Assembly: GCA_012026655.1 (NCBI GenBank)
Contig: JAAILG010002566.1
Location: forward strand, 1 to 53,235
Length of the DNA: 53,235 bases
Reading direction: 5' to 3'
Source: Hydrolagus affinis
Taxonomy: Eukaryota
Shown: one piece after another, positions 38,154 to 51,240 of the stretch
Numbering within the stretch: position 1 is the stretch's first letter
Layout of the letters: the number at the start of each line of letters is the position of its first letter
Notes under the pieces: generated by a model
Database searches by the model: none
What the model was told of the DNA's origin: nothing
Seen by the model: the letters and a program-made list of their open reading frames with translations, nothing else
Made by a program: the position numbers and the translations under genes

Positions 38154-40929
38154 TGGTTCTCAGGTTACAGTTGATTTCCGTGACTCACGATCTGTCACCA
38201 GCCTGAACAACGTTGCCAACATCTCATTTATAACGCGTCTGAATTTACAAACGTGTCAGATGTGTTCTGTTTGGGTTTTGTTTGCAGGAATTATTAAGTT
38301 CCACTGTCACTGTCAATCTGTCTGTGTTATTACCCAGAGTGTCACATCCTGGCCTTCCTATCAAATGATGAGACTTTGTTTTTAGAATATGAAGCCAGAG
38401 ATATAGTGCAAGAGCGAGCGTAACACAAAAAACTGTTTGATTATCAATCTCCTTCATCTGCCTATCCAATGTATCACAAGGTTCCGTTGATATATGTTGA
38501 CCCTCAATCTAATAAACTGTGGTAGTCCTTTTACAGGACGGGAACTTGGAAAGTGTAAATGAACTGGAGTGTTGGTATCTCCATCAGTATCAAGGTTTGT
38601 CGGGCAAGATCTTTCCTCCCCACTGTGAGTCCAGCCTGGCTGTTATTTATTTGGGAATGTGTTCCACATGTCTGCAATTCTGGAGTGGAAAGATTTCCCT
38701 CCAAATGGAACTTTATTTAATGTTTAATGCGAGCCCTGATAGTGATACAGATTGTATGTATAACATCCAATTCTTCTCGTTAGGTCAAAAGCCCCAGATT
38801 ATGTAATCTTTGTGTTCCATTGTATTATGTCTGACAATATTCTCTTCTTTACAAATAAGAACAAGGTGAGTCGAACCCTCTCCAGTTCTTCAGTGTTTTT
38901 TGAAGGCGTCTGCTCTAAACTGCACACAAGACTTCAAATTAACAAACTGACAAGGTTACAATAAACTCAGCTTTGTTAATTCAGTGACTGTCCACGTTCA
39001 ACCTTTGTTACTGAATGTCGCTTCTTTGTGAATGCATTTCTCATCGGGCGTATTGTGATTATACATGTCCTCATGCCATATTCTGCTGTTTTAACAGATT
39101 TGGTTGCAAACTAATTCTGAAATACGTGCGCGCGCGCGCAAACACACATACACACACACAGCCAGTTCTCAGCTACCTACCTACTTGCCGGCTTTTGTTC
39201 AGAATCATACGCAGATCAGCATTGAGAAATGGACTCTTGCAAATTGCAAATGACTAATAAGATTGTTTTGCCTAAATCTTTTGTCTGTGATTGAGTTTGG
39301 GGCATTGTCTATTGGATGTGATCCGGAAGAGAAGGGAGTCCTCCTTTCCCTGATTTCACACCACGTAAAGCCTGGATCAGAGGGTTTGGTATAATCGGGG
39401 ATGTAGCAGAAATTACATGTTTGGATCTACTGTATGTTCATCCATATCCCACCGTGCATTCCCATCTCTCCCTCCTACAAAAGTCTATAGGATTGCAAAA
39501 TAGGATGATATAGACAAAGAGAGCCCAGAGATGTTCTGAGAACAATAAAACATTTACAATCCTGTTATCTCTGCAGATTCCCAGCGTTCTGTGACCTGTG
39601 TTCCTTTCTCGCTGCTGGAGATGCCAATAATATGTTTATTCTGAACTTTCTTCGCTGAACTCCTCATGTGGGCCTCGGAGTGAGAAATATTTATACTTTT
39701 CTAGACTGTTGTTGATGTTTCAGGGGCAGACACTTCAGTGATGAATTAGTTACCGACTTAACGCAGTACTTTTATATACAGTTTTTTTTCTCAACAATTC
39801 GCTGCTTCCAAAATTTCTCCCCTCCTCTCCCATAGCTGTTAACTCATTTTGACACTTCTGCTGGGATACGGTTCCAAGCCCCTCAGTGCCCCTCGTGTAT
39901 AACTTCTCAGGTTGAACAAACATGGGCACATTGCGCCCGAGATACAGCATCCACACCTGTACTTACTCAAATGGGTCACAGGTTAGAGACCAGCAGCAAG
40001 AATCCTGGACACTGAAAACAATTTTCCCCTAACTTTCAAACCTGGGCCTGCCCTGACCATCCATGGTCACGCTTTCAGCCTCTCTGCCCTTTGGAAATCC
40101 TTCCCAAGGTCCCTTCCCTTCCTTTGTCTCTTCAACTTGTCTTTGCACCCACACCCTTGGACAGTTGGCCAATTATGTACAGTAATACGGTATCTACATG
40201 CATTCAGAAGGAACAGTCCAGAGGCTAATGTAGAGTCAAAGTAAGTTTATAATCTCTTATCATTTGGGTTGAGGACACAATTTAATGCAATCACTGGTTC
40301 ATGTTCTTTCAGATTGTTTTAACCTTTGCATTTATTGACTTGCAGAACCAAGCAGATAGGTCATAAAATAAGGCATCAACTTACAGCACTGTCCTGGCAA
40401 ACTGTAACAAAATCTTCTCTACTGTAAATATCCAGCGTATTTCCTGGCGCTCAGTTTACTATCGGCTAAACCTATCACATTTTCCACATTCTTGCTGACC
40501 ATTACAAAATATTTACCATTCACTAATAAGTTTTTGGCAACTGGTAACCGAAAATTCTAAACAACCGAATTACTAATTCCATTTTAAAATTACCAATGCA
40601 ATTTTCTATTGTATTTTCCTGCCATAGCTTTTTTTTAAAAAAAAACTAATAATCTTTGCATTTGATAAAGAATTATTGATATCGATGTGTTGATGTCACA
40701 TCTCAAACTGCTTCACGGGATTTATTGTTTATTGACTATGTATTTTGCTTGTGAATCTGGCAGCTGATTTGTGAAGTGTCCCACAAACACCCAACGTACC
40801 ACACACAAAAAATATGGATTTTCTGGTAACTTTTACTGATGGAATTCCTCATGTTAGACCCAAACAAAATAATGCTTTAGCAAATCAGCTGATCGCATCA
40901 CAGGTGTCATCTTGAGACCATTGTACAGA

Positions 40930-41131
40930 TAGTCGGTGAAACGCGGCAGCCAATTGCGCACAGCAGCGTCCCCACAAACAGTCAGGGATTGAAATGACCA
41001 ATTTATTATTACATTTTTTGAGGGATTATCATCAGTCATATGGAGTAAGGAAACTCGAAACCAATCTTTCATCCTGGCTGGAACTGAACTCTCGCTTGCA
41101 AGGCGAGTGCTCTAACCACTGAGCTACAGGA
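40930..41131 (-). mobile_element. SINE head and body, lacking the tail
   Basis: Perfect anticodon-like arm CTCGC-CTTGCAA-GCGAG on the - strand (41091-41107), A box TAGCTCAGTGG, body GAAACGCGGCAGCCAATTGCGCACAGCAGCG. Confidence 0.85.
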
Positions 41132-44123
41132 TTCTAGAATGTGTGCAGTTTAATGTACATTCATAATTCGGAGAGGGATGGATAATATAGTAAGCAGGCA
41201 ATTTGACTTATACCATCAAAACAGATTTAAGGTATTAACATATTAATACCTTTCTATATGCTTCATATTTTATTATTAACCTTTACTAACTCATATTAGA
41301 TACCATGAAAACAGCGCCTTGAGACGTCTTCCTGATGTGAAAGGCCTTACACAAATGTAAGTTTGTTATTGTTGTTGTAAAGGGCATAGATTTAAAACCA
41401 AAGCACATCAATGAGAGAGGGCACGTTGTGTGGAGGAGATGGGCTGTGATGGGCCAACTGATATTCCTAACTGTTATTCCTACTTCCATATGTTCTATTC
41501 CTGGAAATGAAACTGGAAAAGCTGCTGTCCCAATAATTGTCCATGTCTATCACAAACAGCCATTGAATCACTGACGCTTCAGATCAGATCCTGATGGACT
41601 GATAGGACCCGATCAGCCTCAGTCAATCTTTAACTTTGTTAAGTTGTTTTAAAAAAAATCTTATCAGCATTTAGTGATTTTAATCCCATTGAACTGGCAC
41701 AGCTACTGTCCAATCAGCAGCAGCAGCATTTAAAGGAACAATCATTGAGCAGAATTCCACATCATGAATAATAAACCCTTTCAAAAAAGTGGCTGGAAAT
41801 GTCCATACTCGGTCAAACCCAAGCCGTAGGTGGCATTGAGGCAAGTTGGCTGCCTGTGATAAGGGGGTTTAATTGCCTCTTTAGAGAAGAAATGCAATAA
41901 GATTGTGCTCCTCTGCTGGAAAGATGTATGCAACTGGAAGCCAGTGGGAAAGTCACCCCACCCCCCCACCCCCCCCACCCCCCCTCCCCCCAACACTCAA
42001 CAACAACAACAACAACTTTGATTTATACAGCGCCCTCACCCTCCACGCCGGACGGGGTCTCACTCACACTGTCAATGTAGGGGCAGAAGCTTTAGATCTC
42101 TAATCTTCCACTTTTTCACAGACTGTACTCCAGTTGTGAAATGTTACCAACTGCAAAATACGAGAAAATGGCAGCTCGCAAACCCATATATAGGTTAACA
42201 CTATCCCCGAGATGTTCTGTTTAAACCTCTCTGCAGTGCGCTGTCAGTAAAAGGCAGCAATGATTACTGCCTGTTGCACTTGGCAAAGCAGCTTCATATT
42301 TAAGACATTTTCTCTTGATCCTCAGCGAGTTGCCAGAATTTCTCAACAATCAGTTGCTATACCAGTCATCCAGTTAGACCACGATGAATAGAGTCTGTGT
42401 TAGGAAAGGTGGAGAAAGATACATTACTCAATTAATACCTTTCTATACGCCCCATATTTTGAATCTACTTAATTTGTTATTAACTCAGATTAGATGAGTG
42501 TTTTTCCTCCTATCCACCCCCCACACCCCACCTCTCCCTACTCTGTTCTGTTCTGTACTTTCTGTACATTTTCCTTCCAGGAACAAGTAGGGTCAGTGGC
42601 AAAGAGCGGCTGAGAGAACGGACACGTGGCTGTGTGTGAGCTACACGAACAGTTCCCACAGCTCAGATCCTGTGCACAAGCCAGCTGTGGAAGCAAGGAG
42701 TGCTTTCATAAGGTTCCTTTCCACCATCTTCCATCCTACCCCCATGACCCAATCTTACAAAAACATCTAGATGGCACCTCCCTTTACAACCTATCATAGC
42801 AGCTCCAGTAATAACCAGGTAATGATAATACCACAGTAAATCTCACGTACGTTGTATGGATTGGGACCATGTATTTAATATCGCTTGTACAAAGTTTGAG
42901 TTATGTCAAGCTTGCATTGAATATAAACTCCTGAAAGGGACTTGGGCAGATGTATGATTTTAGGCAATTTATATGATTTATACAAGTCAGACTTCGTGTA
43001 GATATAATACTGTTTGTAACTGATCAACACGTGTCTTCTCCTTGGGTGGGAGCTAAGCCGGATCTCAACTCAAATCAACTCAATCCTTTGTGGGCCTTTT
43101 GACAGTCCATTACCTGAGCCACAAAGGCAATGCTAACCCACCAGCCAGGATGATTAGCAGACTGTCTATTCAAACCCCTAATGATTGGGGACAAACTCAC
43201 TGGTTAAGTGGTGGGAAGGTTGCTGGACAGTGCTGTCAATGGCGGGTTAAACAGTTTTTACCCGATTGAACTCTAGCAGTATCCTAACGTACTATGTCTT
43301 AGATTGGCTCTCACGAATCTATTACCGAATACAGTACTGTCCGGCATGATTAGGACATGTCTCTCCAGGGAGAGAGTCTGCGATCTATTCCATACGTGGG
43401 TATTTTTCCATTTGTGGTGCCTTTATGTGTGTGACTCACGGATACTCTTACACGTGGTGATGGGTTTCTGTGTCAGCTGTCCAAACTGACCTAAACAAAA
43501 ACAGTTCTTTTACAGCATTTTCCTCTTCGCTTCACTTCTTGGTCTCACTCAGTTCCCTCTGGTTTAACTTCTCATTTTTCTTTGGTCTATCAGGGCTCGA
43601 GAAAACTCTTAATGACTGAGTGTGTGTGTGTGTGTGTGTGTGTGAGTTGTTGCCCCTGCCTGCGGTATAAGACTTTGTCTGGAATGAACAAGGAGAGTGG
43701 AGGGTCCAAAACTCAACAGAACAGACAGTCAAGACATTTGTACATTTTGAACTGTCTGAGTAAACATACTGTCAGGCTGCTGTAGTGTAAATAATCACCA
43801 GAGTGTCCGCTACATCAAAATATTATGAAATTGCAGACATGTGCCTGCACTGCTAGTGGATGAGCTAGTCATTCCGATATTTCCACACATGAGGCATCGC
43901 CCACGAGACTCGATCCTGACCTGGGAGTAACATAGACAACCTTTGCCTCTTCGGGAGAGTCTGACTTGTCCATAAACTAAGGCTTCCCTCCTCTGACACT
44001 CGGATCCAAAGTCTAACCATTGGGAAGGTACCACGTGCTGGGTTCTGGCTCAGGCCAGGTGCAGGGTGTGACAAACACGACAGAGGGCGAGAAGTGTCTG
44101 CCTCCAGACACAACACAGTGTGG

Positions 44124-44199
44124 CAGTGATCCCACACTCACCCACTGGGAGCTGGAGTCAGCGATCCCACACTCACTCACTGGGAGTGGGAGTTGGAGT
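44124..44199. repeat. Two-copy tandem duplication (35 and 41 bp units)
   Basis: CAG(T/C)GATCCCACACTCAC(C/T)CACTGGGAG...TGGAGT occurs twice. Confidence 0.85.
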
Positions 44200-45712
44200 C
44201 AGAACGGCTGCGGCAATGAGCTGACGTTGATCTTTACTCCTGGAGTTTATTTCATCTGGAATTCCATCACCTCATCTCAGCCCAACTCCAAAGTCTCAGC
44301 CAACCCCGTTTGTGGTTCCTCTCACTCCCTTTTGCAGCTCTGTGTAAAATCAGACATGTGTTTTTCCCAATATGTCTCAGCTTTAGAGAGCAGCAAACCT
44401 AGGAGCAGTAACGTTTGAGGCCTTTTACATTATTGTGAGGTCGACCGGCTTTTGACGTGAATTGCAGTTGATTACCCAGATTATAGTAATTAAAGAATAT
44501 GTAACTCCTCTTTGGGGAGTATGTAACCTCGACACTACGTTTACAGCTGTACGTGAGGACAGAGACTTTCACAAGCTACTGGAGGGCGCTTCATTCTTGC
44601 CTTAAATATGTTTTAATCCTGGTGAGCCCATTGTTTATTTGATCTTTTTAACCAGATATCCACAATTGTCTCAAACCAGCTGTCAAGTGTTGGACCAGTG
44701 TCTATAAATTTGGGAAAAAGGAGAGGAAGGAAGCAGGTATTTGGTCCGTTGAGCTGTTGTAACTGTTTCCTTTGTTTTTCTAATCTTCTTACTTTTCCCC
44801 CCAATTTTGCTTAAACCCCTTTACTTCCTACGTACCGAGATCCTTCGCCCCTCATTAGGTGTGGCAGCTGATTCTGCATCCCTGGCTTTGTGGGCACGTT
44901 GGTTTCACATTCTCACAGCCATTGGCTCAGAGAATCAGGAGAACAGACGCTGGTTCGGCAGGCGTGTCGGAGGATTGGCACCACATCCACAGGAGTTTGT
45001 TGGGAGCCCACGAGTTGTGGTTTACGAGACGCTCTGTGTTTCGTGCCGTATATTTAAATACGTTTCTACAATACGTCCCGGGCTACACACATCTCCAGAG
45101 CGCTCGGCGGCTTCTGGCCCATCCCCTTTGGACAGAACGAGTCAGAATGAAATTACAAAACGTTCAGAACTGCCTGCCCTGTAATAACAGATTGAGGACA
45201 AAGAAATAGTGTTTGATTCCTGGAGCCCCCAACCAAACACATGTCAGCCATATTGCACTGAGCTCCGTCTAGCCCTGCGTATCCGAGGCCACCGATTCAG
45301 CTAATTACCACTCGGGCATGGATAACTGCAGGCAGAGTTTACTGTGGGAATTCACAGGGGCCAACATTATGTGGAAATAGAGAAGAATTAATATTTGTTT
45401 TAGTGAGAAGCTTATTTTCCCTTCCCCTTTCGATCTGAGAGGTTGCATGATTTCTGGAAGCTGACTCTCATTAACGGGGTCTGGGGTAACTCGGTTGAAA
45501 ACAAGAATCTCTGGAAAAATAAATGACAATCTTGCCCGTCCGGAATTACCCAAACTCCCTGACCTGTGACCTGCCGTCCCCGATCGGGAGTCGGGGAAAG
45601 ATACCGGTTTAGAGTTTAATGGGTGTTTTGTTTTTGAATACCTGCGACACATGCTCAGCCACCTCCCAACCCCCCAAAGTGGAACGCTGAAACATTTGTT
45701 TATCCATATACC

Positions 45713-45812
45713 NNNNNNNNNNNNNNNNNNNNNNNNNNNNNNNNNNNNNNNNNNNNNNNNNNNNNNNNNNNNNNNNNNNNNNNNNNNNNNNNNNNNNNNN
45801 NNNNNNNNNNNN
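45713..45812. other. Assembly gap (100 N)
   Basis: Run of exactly 100 N, the usual placeholder for a gap of unknown size. Confidence 0.99.
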
Positions 45813-46064
45813 CCCACCACCAATCTCTGGGTTCCACAATGAAGAATAATACTTTTTAAATCTACTGCTAAGAGTTACGTGTTGTAACAAAGTGACTTTG
45901 CTGTATATTTTGGGGAGGTTTCTCGGAACACTTAAGCTCTTTTCAGCCGTCAGGAATCCGCAGCTCGCTGCCAAAAATGGAAACTCTTCTGTTTTTGTTG
46001 GGTTTTTTTTTCTCTCAGCAGTTTCCTGAGCATGTTGGGCAGAGGTCATGGCACCCAGAGAGGA

Positions 46065-46353
46065 GGCCAGAGGAGCCAGTGGTGAGACCACAAGTAGGCC
46101 CGGGTTCGATTTCCTGGGTGGAACAAAAACCTCGGGCAAGTTTCCTTACTCCGCGCCCCTCTGCTTACCTCGCAGTGAGTCAGAACCCGGACGTTTAGCA
46201 GATTGCTCTCCCTGGGGGTAATAATAATAATAATCCCTTCAAAACAAATAAGACAATTTGGTCACTCAATCCACCGCTGTTTGTGAAACACCAATTGGCT
46301 GCTGCATCTGAACGGTGGGATGAGGCACTATATCCAATGCAAAGATTATCATT
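46065..46353 (+). mobile_element. Rearranged SINE copy
   Basis: GGTTCGATTTCC B box, CCTCGGGCAAGTTTCCTTACTCC linker, ATCCAATGCAAAGATTATCATT tail. Confidence 0.75.
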
Positions 46354-47307
46354 AGTAACAGCTCAGAGGCTGTACAGGGTCCGAGAGCTGTCAACCCCAA
46401 CAATCGCGCGTCAGGTACTTTACTAGGCAGCAGGTCTTTGCTCGGCTGATGGCATTGTAAGTAAAGGCACCAATCCAGTATCACACGATCCACGGACAGC
46501 CAGACTCCATTACTGGTCTGTGTTGCGTTGGCTGAGTATCAGTTGGGCGCTGCTATTGGGCTGGCATCTTCTCTTCATCAAAGATGGAAAAGCTTAGGTT
46601 CAGACTGGGCTGTAACCTCCTGAAATTCAGACGCCACTTGACTTGGTTCGTACCTACAGCCGTTACCTGTTTACCAGGTTCACAGTGCTCCAGGACACTG
46701 CCGTCGACAACACAGCGAGCCTGGCTCATCGATAGGGCTTCGAAGGACAGACTCATCACTAGAGATAGGGAATCATCCCACACACTGTCCTGCTAACATC
46801 GCAAGCCAGAGCCCTGATGGGTAGGGCAAGCCCCAGTTTGTTAGCAAACATTGGGGAAGCCTTGCCAGGCACAAATCATTGCGAACAGGAGAGAACAAAC
46901 CAACAATAAATATAGTCGGTAACTAAAGATCTCCCATGGGCTGAACCTGCTGTTAATCCACAGCAGGCAGAAATAAATTCAGAAATTCAGCTAGGGTAAA
47001 TTATGACTGGATGTAAAAGGATTTCTATCGTCAGTAAGACCTGTAAATACACCCACTGGGTCCAGAGATGGATTCTCTATCATCAGTTTCCATCAGATTC
47101 AAATCCTGTTTAGTGTAAACTGTTTCCTCAATACAGTATTCTGGTCTCACTGATTCCTGTGGGTCTTGTTGATTGACCTTGTCCTCTATTCCTGTTCCCT
47201 GGACATCACTGACCACTCAGACATATCAAATGGCTTTTGATACCAGAATGGTCAATTGGTCTCCGCTAACTGTTTTCCTTCCAACCACCCCCCCACACCA
47301 TCACATG

Positions 47308-47334
47308 GGTGTTCCTCAGGGCTCTGTCCTCGGT
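47308..47334 (+). mobile_element. LINE reverse transcriptase motif remnant
   Basis: Encodes GVPQGSVLG, the conserved CR1/L2 RT motif, immediately followed by stop codons. Confidence 0.7.
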
Positions 47335-48223
47335 TGATGAACAGATCAATAAGCTTTGCTTGGGATAAGTAAGGCTATTGAAGAGGCACATTCCAGATAG
47401 TGGGTCTTGTTTCAGTGCAAATATTTTTGTTATGAGTGTTCAGCCATTGAAGTGAATCAATCTACAAGCGGGCGAAGGCATTGTCCTGGGAAGGTTGAGT
47501 TACGGCTTGCACTGACATCGACTGAGACGGTGTGTAAACAGTTGTCGATTTATGGAGCCACTTTCCGGGCAGTTTAGGGTCTAATTTATATTGTAAAGTT
47601 TGGCTTAAAATGGAAAACCACAGCAATAAATGGATTATTCACTCTGGTCCGTAACTGTACATTCGACATTAAAATAACAATTAAAAAAACGCTTCTGTGT
47701 CAGAGGGCAACCGAATTCAAGTGCGGATCATTCTGGTCCAGGGCTGACTGCCAGCATAGACCTCTCTCCCAGCAGAGTCTGGCTGTTCAGGTGGCTGTTA
47801 AATATTCCATGGCATCATTTGAAAAGGGAAGGGAGGTTCTCCCCCACAACCCAATAAAGATTGGTCACGTTGGGGGTGGTCGGGCTGCTTCTGTAACTAA
47901 CTTTCTGTGGTCAGATTAGTCACCGTGTTCATCTGCAAATAAGCAGTTATTAACCCTTTATGGAAAAAGATCCTGGGAAATGCCTGGAGAGCTCCCAACA
48001 ATGTGATATGGAGCTCGATCAATTTGCCAAGGTTCAAAGCCAAAGCTGACCAAGTTGTATTGATTATAGGCAGATCATTGAATAACAGTATTGAAGGCAA
48101 TGTAAGACCTGCAGTAAAATAGTTACTGGAAACTTCCAACAAGGATTCATTTTTAACTTTCACTTTTAATTTTAACTTAAACTTTTACTTAAACTTTTAC
48201 CTTTTAACTTTTAATTTGCTCCA

Positions 48224-48564
48224 GGAGTGGAGCTCCTGTGGCTCAGTGGTTAGAGCGCTTGTCTTGCAAGCTGGGGAGACCTGTGTTCGAATCCAGGCAG
48301 GTCAGGGCCAAACCTTGGGCAAGTTTCCTTACTCCACACACACGCCTAATAATAATCCCTCCAAAAAACCACAATAATAAAATTCATCATTTCAACCCAC
48401 GACTGTGTTTGGGGGACGCAGCTGTGCGCAATCGGCTGCCACGTTTCGCCCACAAATATACAGTCAATTCACTTTACAGTATATTCTGTGAAGCGCTTTG
48501 AGACGTCGCTAAGATGTGAAAAGCCGCGATATCAAATGCAAGGATTATTATTATTATTATTATT
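48224..48564 (+). mobile_element. Full-length young tRNA(Ala)-derived SINE with Deu-SINE-type 3' region, L2-like tail and (ATT)n end
   Basis: A box TGGCTCAGTGG 48239-48249, anticodon-like loop CTTGCAA, B box GTTCGAATCC 48285-48294. Body TGTGCGCAATCGGCTGCC..GTGAAGCGCTTTGAGACGTC..ATCAAATGCAAGG(ATT)n is shared with many copies in the window. Confidence 0.9.
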
Positions 48565-49735
48565 AATTTAAGACTCCAATGATTTACTTTAGATTTTTTT
48601 AAAAACCAACCGTGTCTCTAGGGTTCGTTGGTCACATCCATCCTCTATACCTGTTGTTTAATTGAGGAAACGGGTGAAAGTCTGGGGTCTGCGGGCCACA
48701 GCATCAGCCAAGCTGAGCAAACAACAGCAAGAGGGAGGGAGTCAAGCGTGGATAGTAGAACCAGAAGATTGTTGGATGAATGTAAGATTGAATGAGGTCA
48801 AGTTTCAAACAGTCTTGCGATTCTGAGAAAAGAATGAATTTGAGCCCACTTTGTTGCAATGACCTTTGACTTCTCGGAAAGGCTGGGAAAGGACACAGAC
48901 TTTGGAGGCAGATTTTTACGAGGAGAACAGGAGGGATACCATCAGAAACAACTACAATAACATAAGCAGAGACCTGACTCGAGTCCCAGTCATTGGAGAA
49001 TCCAACAGACAGAGGATAGAACGTCCCTGGTCACAGTACGGGGAACATGGCAGCAGAATTCCATTGTTTCGAGATGTTTCTCGATGTTTCTAGTTTGGTT
49101 GAGCAATAGCGCAGGAAACATTTCAATAAAAGATCGTTCAGGAGCTGTAGTCTTCGTCCTTGTCACAATTGAATGGCTTTGATTCTCCTTGGGACCTGCA
49201 TATGCAATGTGAAGGTGGATCACCCTCCTGATGTGAAAGGCGCTCTTCAGTACTGTACCAATGGCACTTATTGTATTGAAAGCCACTTTCTTCCAACTAG
49301 AGCAGTGGCCAGCGCCATCTAGTGGGACTGAATGATTATCTACCATGTTTAAAGTTTCCTGCATCTGTCCAAGTTACTGAATGTTGAAGCTTGGGGAGGA
49401 AGGAGAGTTCACATCCAACCACTATCTCTGATTTCATTGGGAAGGAGGTCAGCTACAGGGCTGGCAGTTCTTACTGAGCTTGGATCGGTCTCTTAGCTTT
49501 TAGAGATTATTCAGTTAAAAATCTGATAGGAAATGAGTGGATTTAAAATCGATGGGTTGTGTAAATCAACACGCAGGTCTTCAAAAATATAAGAGGTAAT
49601 TCTCTGCCCTGTACTGGAGTTTCCTGCCCGAAACGCAATGTTGGCATTAAAGAAATCAAACTCCGTACAGAATAAGTACAAATTGTCCTCGTCTAATAAT
49701 GTAGAAAGTGTTCCTTGGCAATAGGATGTGTGGGA

Positions 49736-50680
49736 TGTCTAGCTTGACAACACCATCAACTAAATCACTAAATCAGAGCGGTTTGGGATGAAATAAAGCA
49801 AAATCTAGTGAACGCTGACACTGCGATGTCTGTGACGGGCTGTGCACCAAAGCTCACTGATCAGGCAGCGTCTCCTTGCGGAGAGGAAATAACATATTTG
49901 GGAAAGTATAGAATGGTTTCTTGTGCCTGAGTGACCAGAAAGGGCCCCGCGTGTTTACGCCTCTTGTGCCTTGACAAGCGTTGAGCACTACCAGCAGTGA
50001 GGTTGACAGCCTGATGCCTGGAAAGTTTAATTACTTTGGCAGATTGCTAGGGCAAGCTGATGTCCTACCGTGTCCTAGTAAAACTTGTATGAAATGGACA
50101 TCAATACATTCTTTTAAGAGCGAGGAGGCTTCTCCTCACAGTAATTAACATTTCAATAATTAACCGCTATTTTCAGCTAAATGCTCGGGATATTATGATC
50201 GCAGTAACTCTTAAATTTGTTAAATATAAAATAATGCAAACGTCCCTTTGAAGGGCATTCACTCTCTTCACAGTAATAATAATTCCTTACATTTGATACA
50301 GCTCCTTGACACTCTGTTGAAATCTCGCCAAGTGCTTTACAGGATTTATTATACAGTTCAGTGACTGCGTTTTGTGGGCGAATTCTGCAGCCAATTCGTG
50401 CTCAGCAACATCTCACCGACAACCATGAAACAAACGACCAGTTTTTATTGGTAGACAAATTATTGGCCAGGACATCGGTCTCCTCTTTCCAAGTAACACC
50501 GAGGGATCACTGTATTGATGTCCCTCTCAATAGGCAGGAACCCGCTTTAACATTTCATCAAAGGCTGGCACCTCCAGTCTGAAGCTTCTCCCAGTAACTG
50601 CGTTGAGTGTTGGGACGTCTGCCCAACGGGAAAGGCGCTCTGATTTAGTGATTTAGTTATTGGTGTTGTCAAGCTAGACA
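49736..50680. repeat. 45-bp inverted repeat pair (49736-49780 and 50636-50680)
   Basis: TGTCTAGCTTGACAACACCATCAACTAAATCACTAAATCAGAGCG versus the reverse complement of the right arm: 43/45 identical. Confidence 0.92.
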
Positions 50681-51083
50681 ATGTGGCGTTTAAAATGGGA
50701 GGAAATGGCCTTCCAAAGCCAGGTAGATGCCTTTCCACCACATAACATGACTCAACTTACAAGATATTCTGCGAATTGAGACGCGATGGGAGCTACCTCA
50801 AGCGTAAGGATTAGTATTACTCTCTGGCATTCCTCTGACTTTATTGTTCAGAACTTTATCATTTGCGTAATTTCTAATGTTGTACTTTCCTCAAGGACAC
50901 CCGAAGAGGAAAGAAAGTGTGTCCATGAGCAACTGAGTTAGTAAAAAGTGAAGATGTAAAGTATCTCTCCCGTTGCAGGGAGAAGGAGGTTTGTTCTGTG
51001 GCTATAAGTGCTTGTTTCTGAGTGCGCTATAATTCTTAATGGAGTGAAGGCAGTGCTGCTCATTCAACCATCGTTGTGGTAAA

Positions 51084-51240
51084 CCCCCTTCCCCCCCTTC
51101 CCGCCCGCCCCCCCCGCTCCCCTCCCCACACCCCCTCCCCTCCCCACACCCCCTCCCCTCCCCGCCCCACACCCCCTCCCCTCCCCATACCGCCTCCCCG
51201 CCCCACATCCCCTCCCCTCCCCACACCCTCTCCCCGCCCC
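51084..51240. repeat. C-rich minisatellite (about 18-nt unit, CCCCTCCCCACACCCCCT-like)
   Basis: Repeated C4 runs; source of the WGGEG-repeat and proline-rich ORFs in the track. Confidence 0.88.

Noticed and set aside
45305-46139. Long ORFs of 172 and 176 aa
   Set aside because: They span the N gap and match no protein I recognise.
48224-48300. tRNA-Ala(TGC)-like sequence as a tRNA gene
   Set aside because: No proper acceptor stem, and it continues into a SINE body and tail seen in many copies; it is a SINE head.
50896-50928. DTRRGKKVCP, resembling a chemokine last-exon motif
   Set aside because: Stops immediately, lacks the C-terminal helix, and no upstream Cys-containing exon was found.
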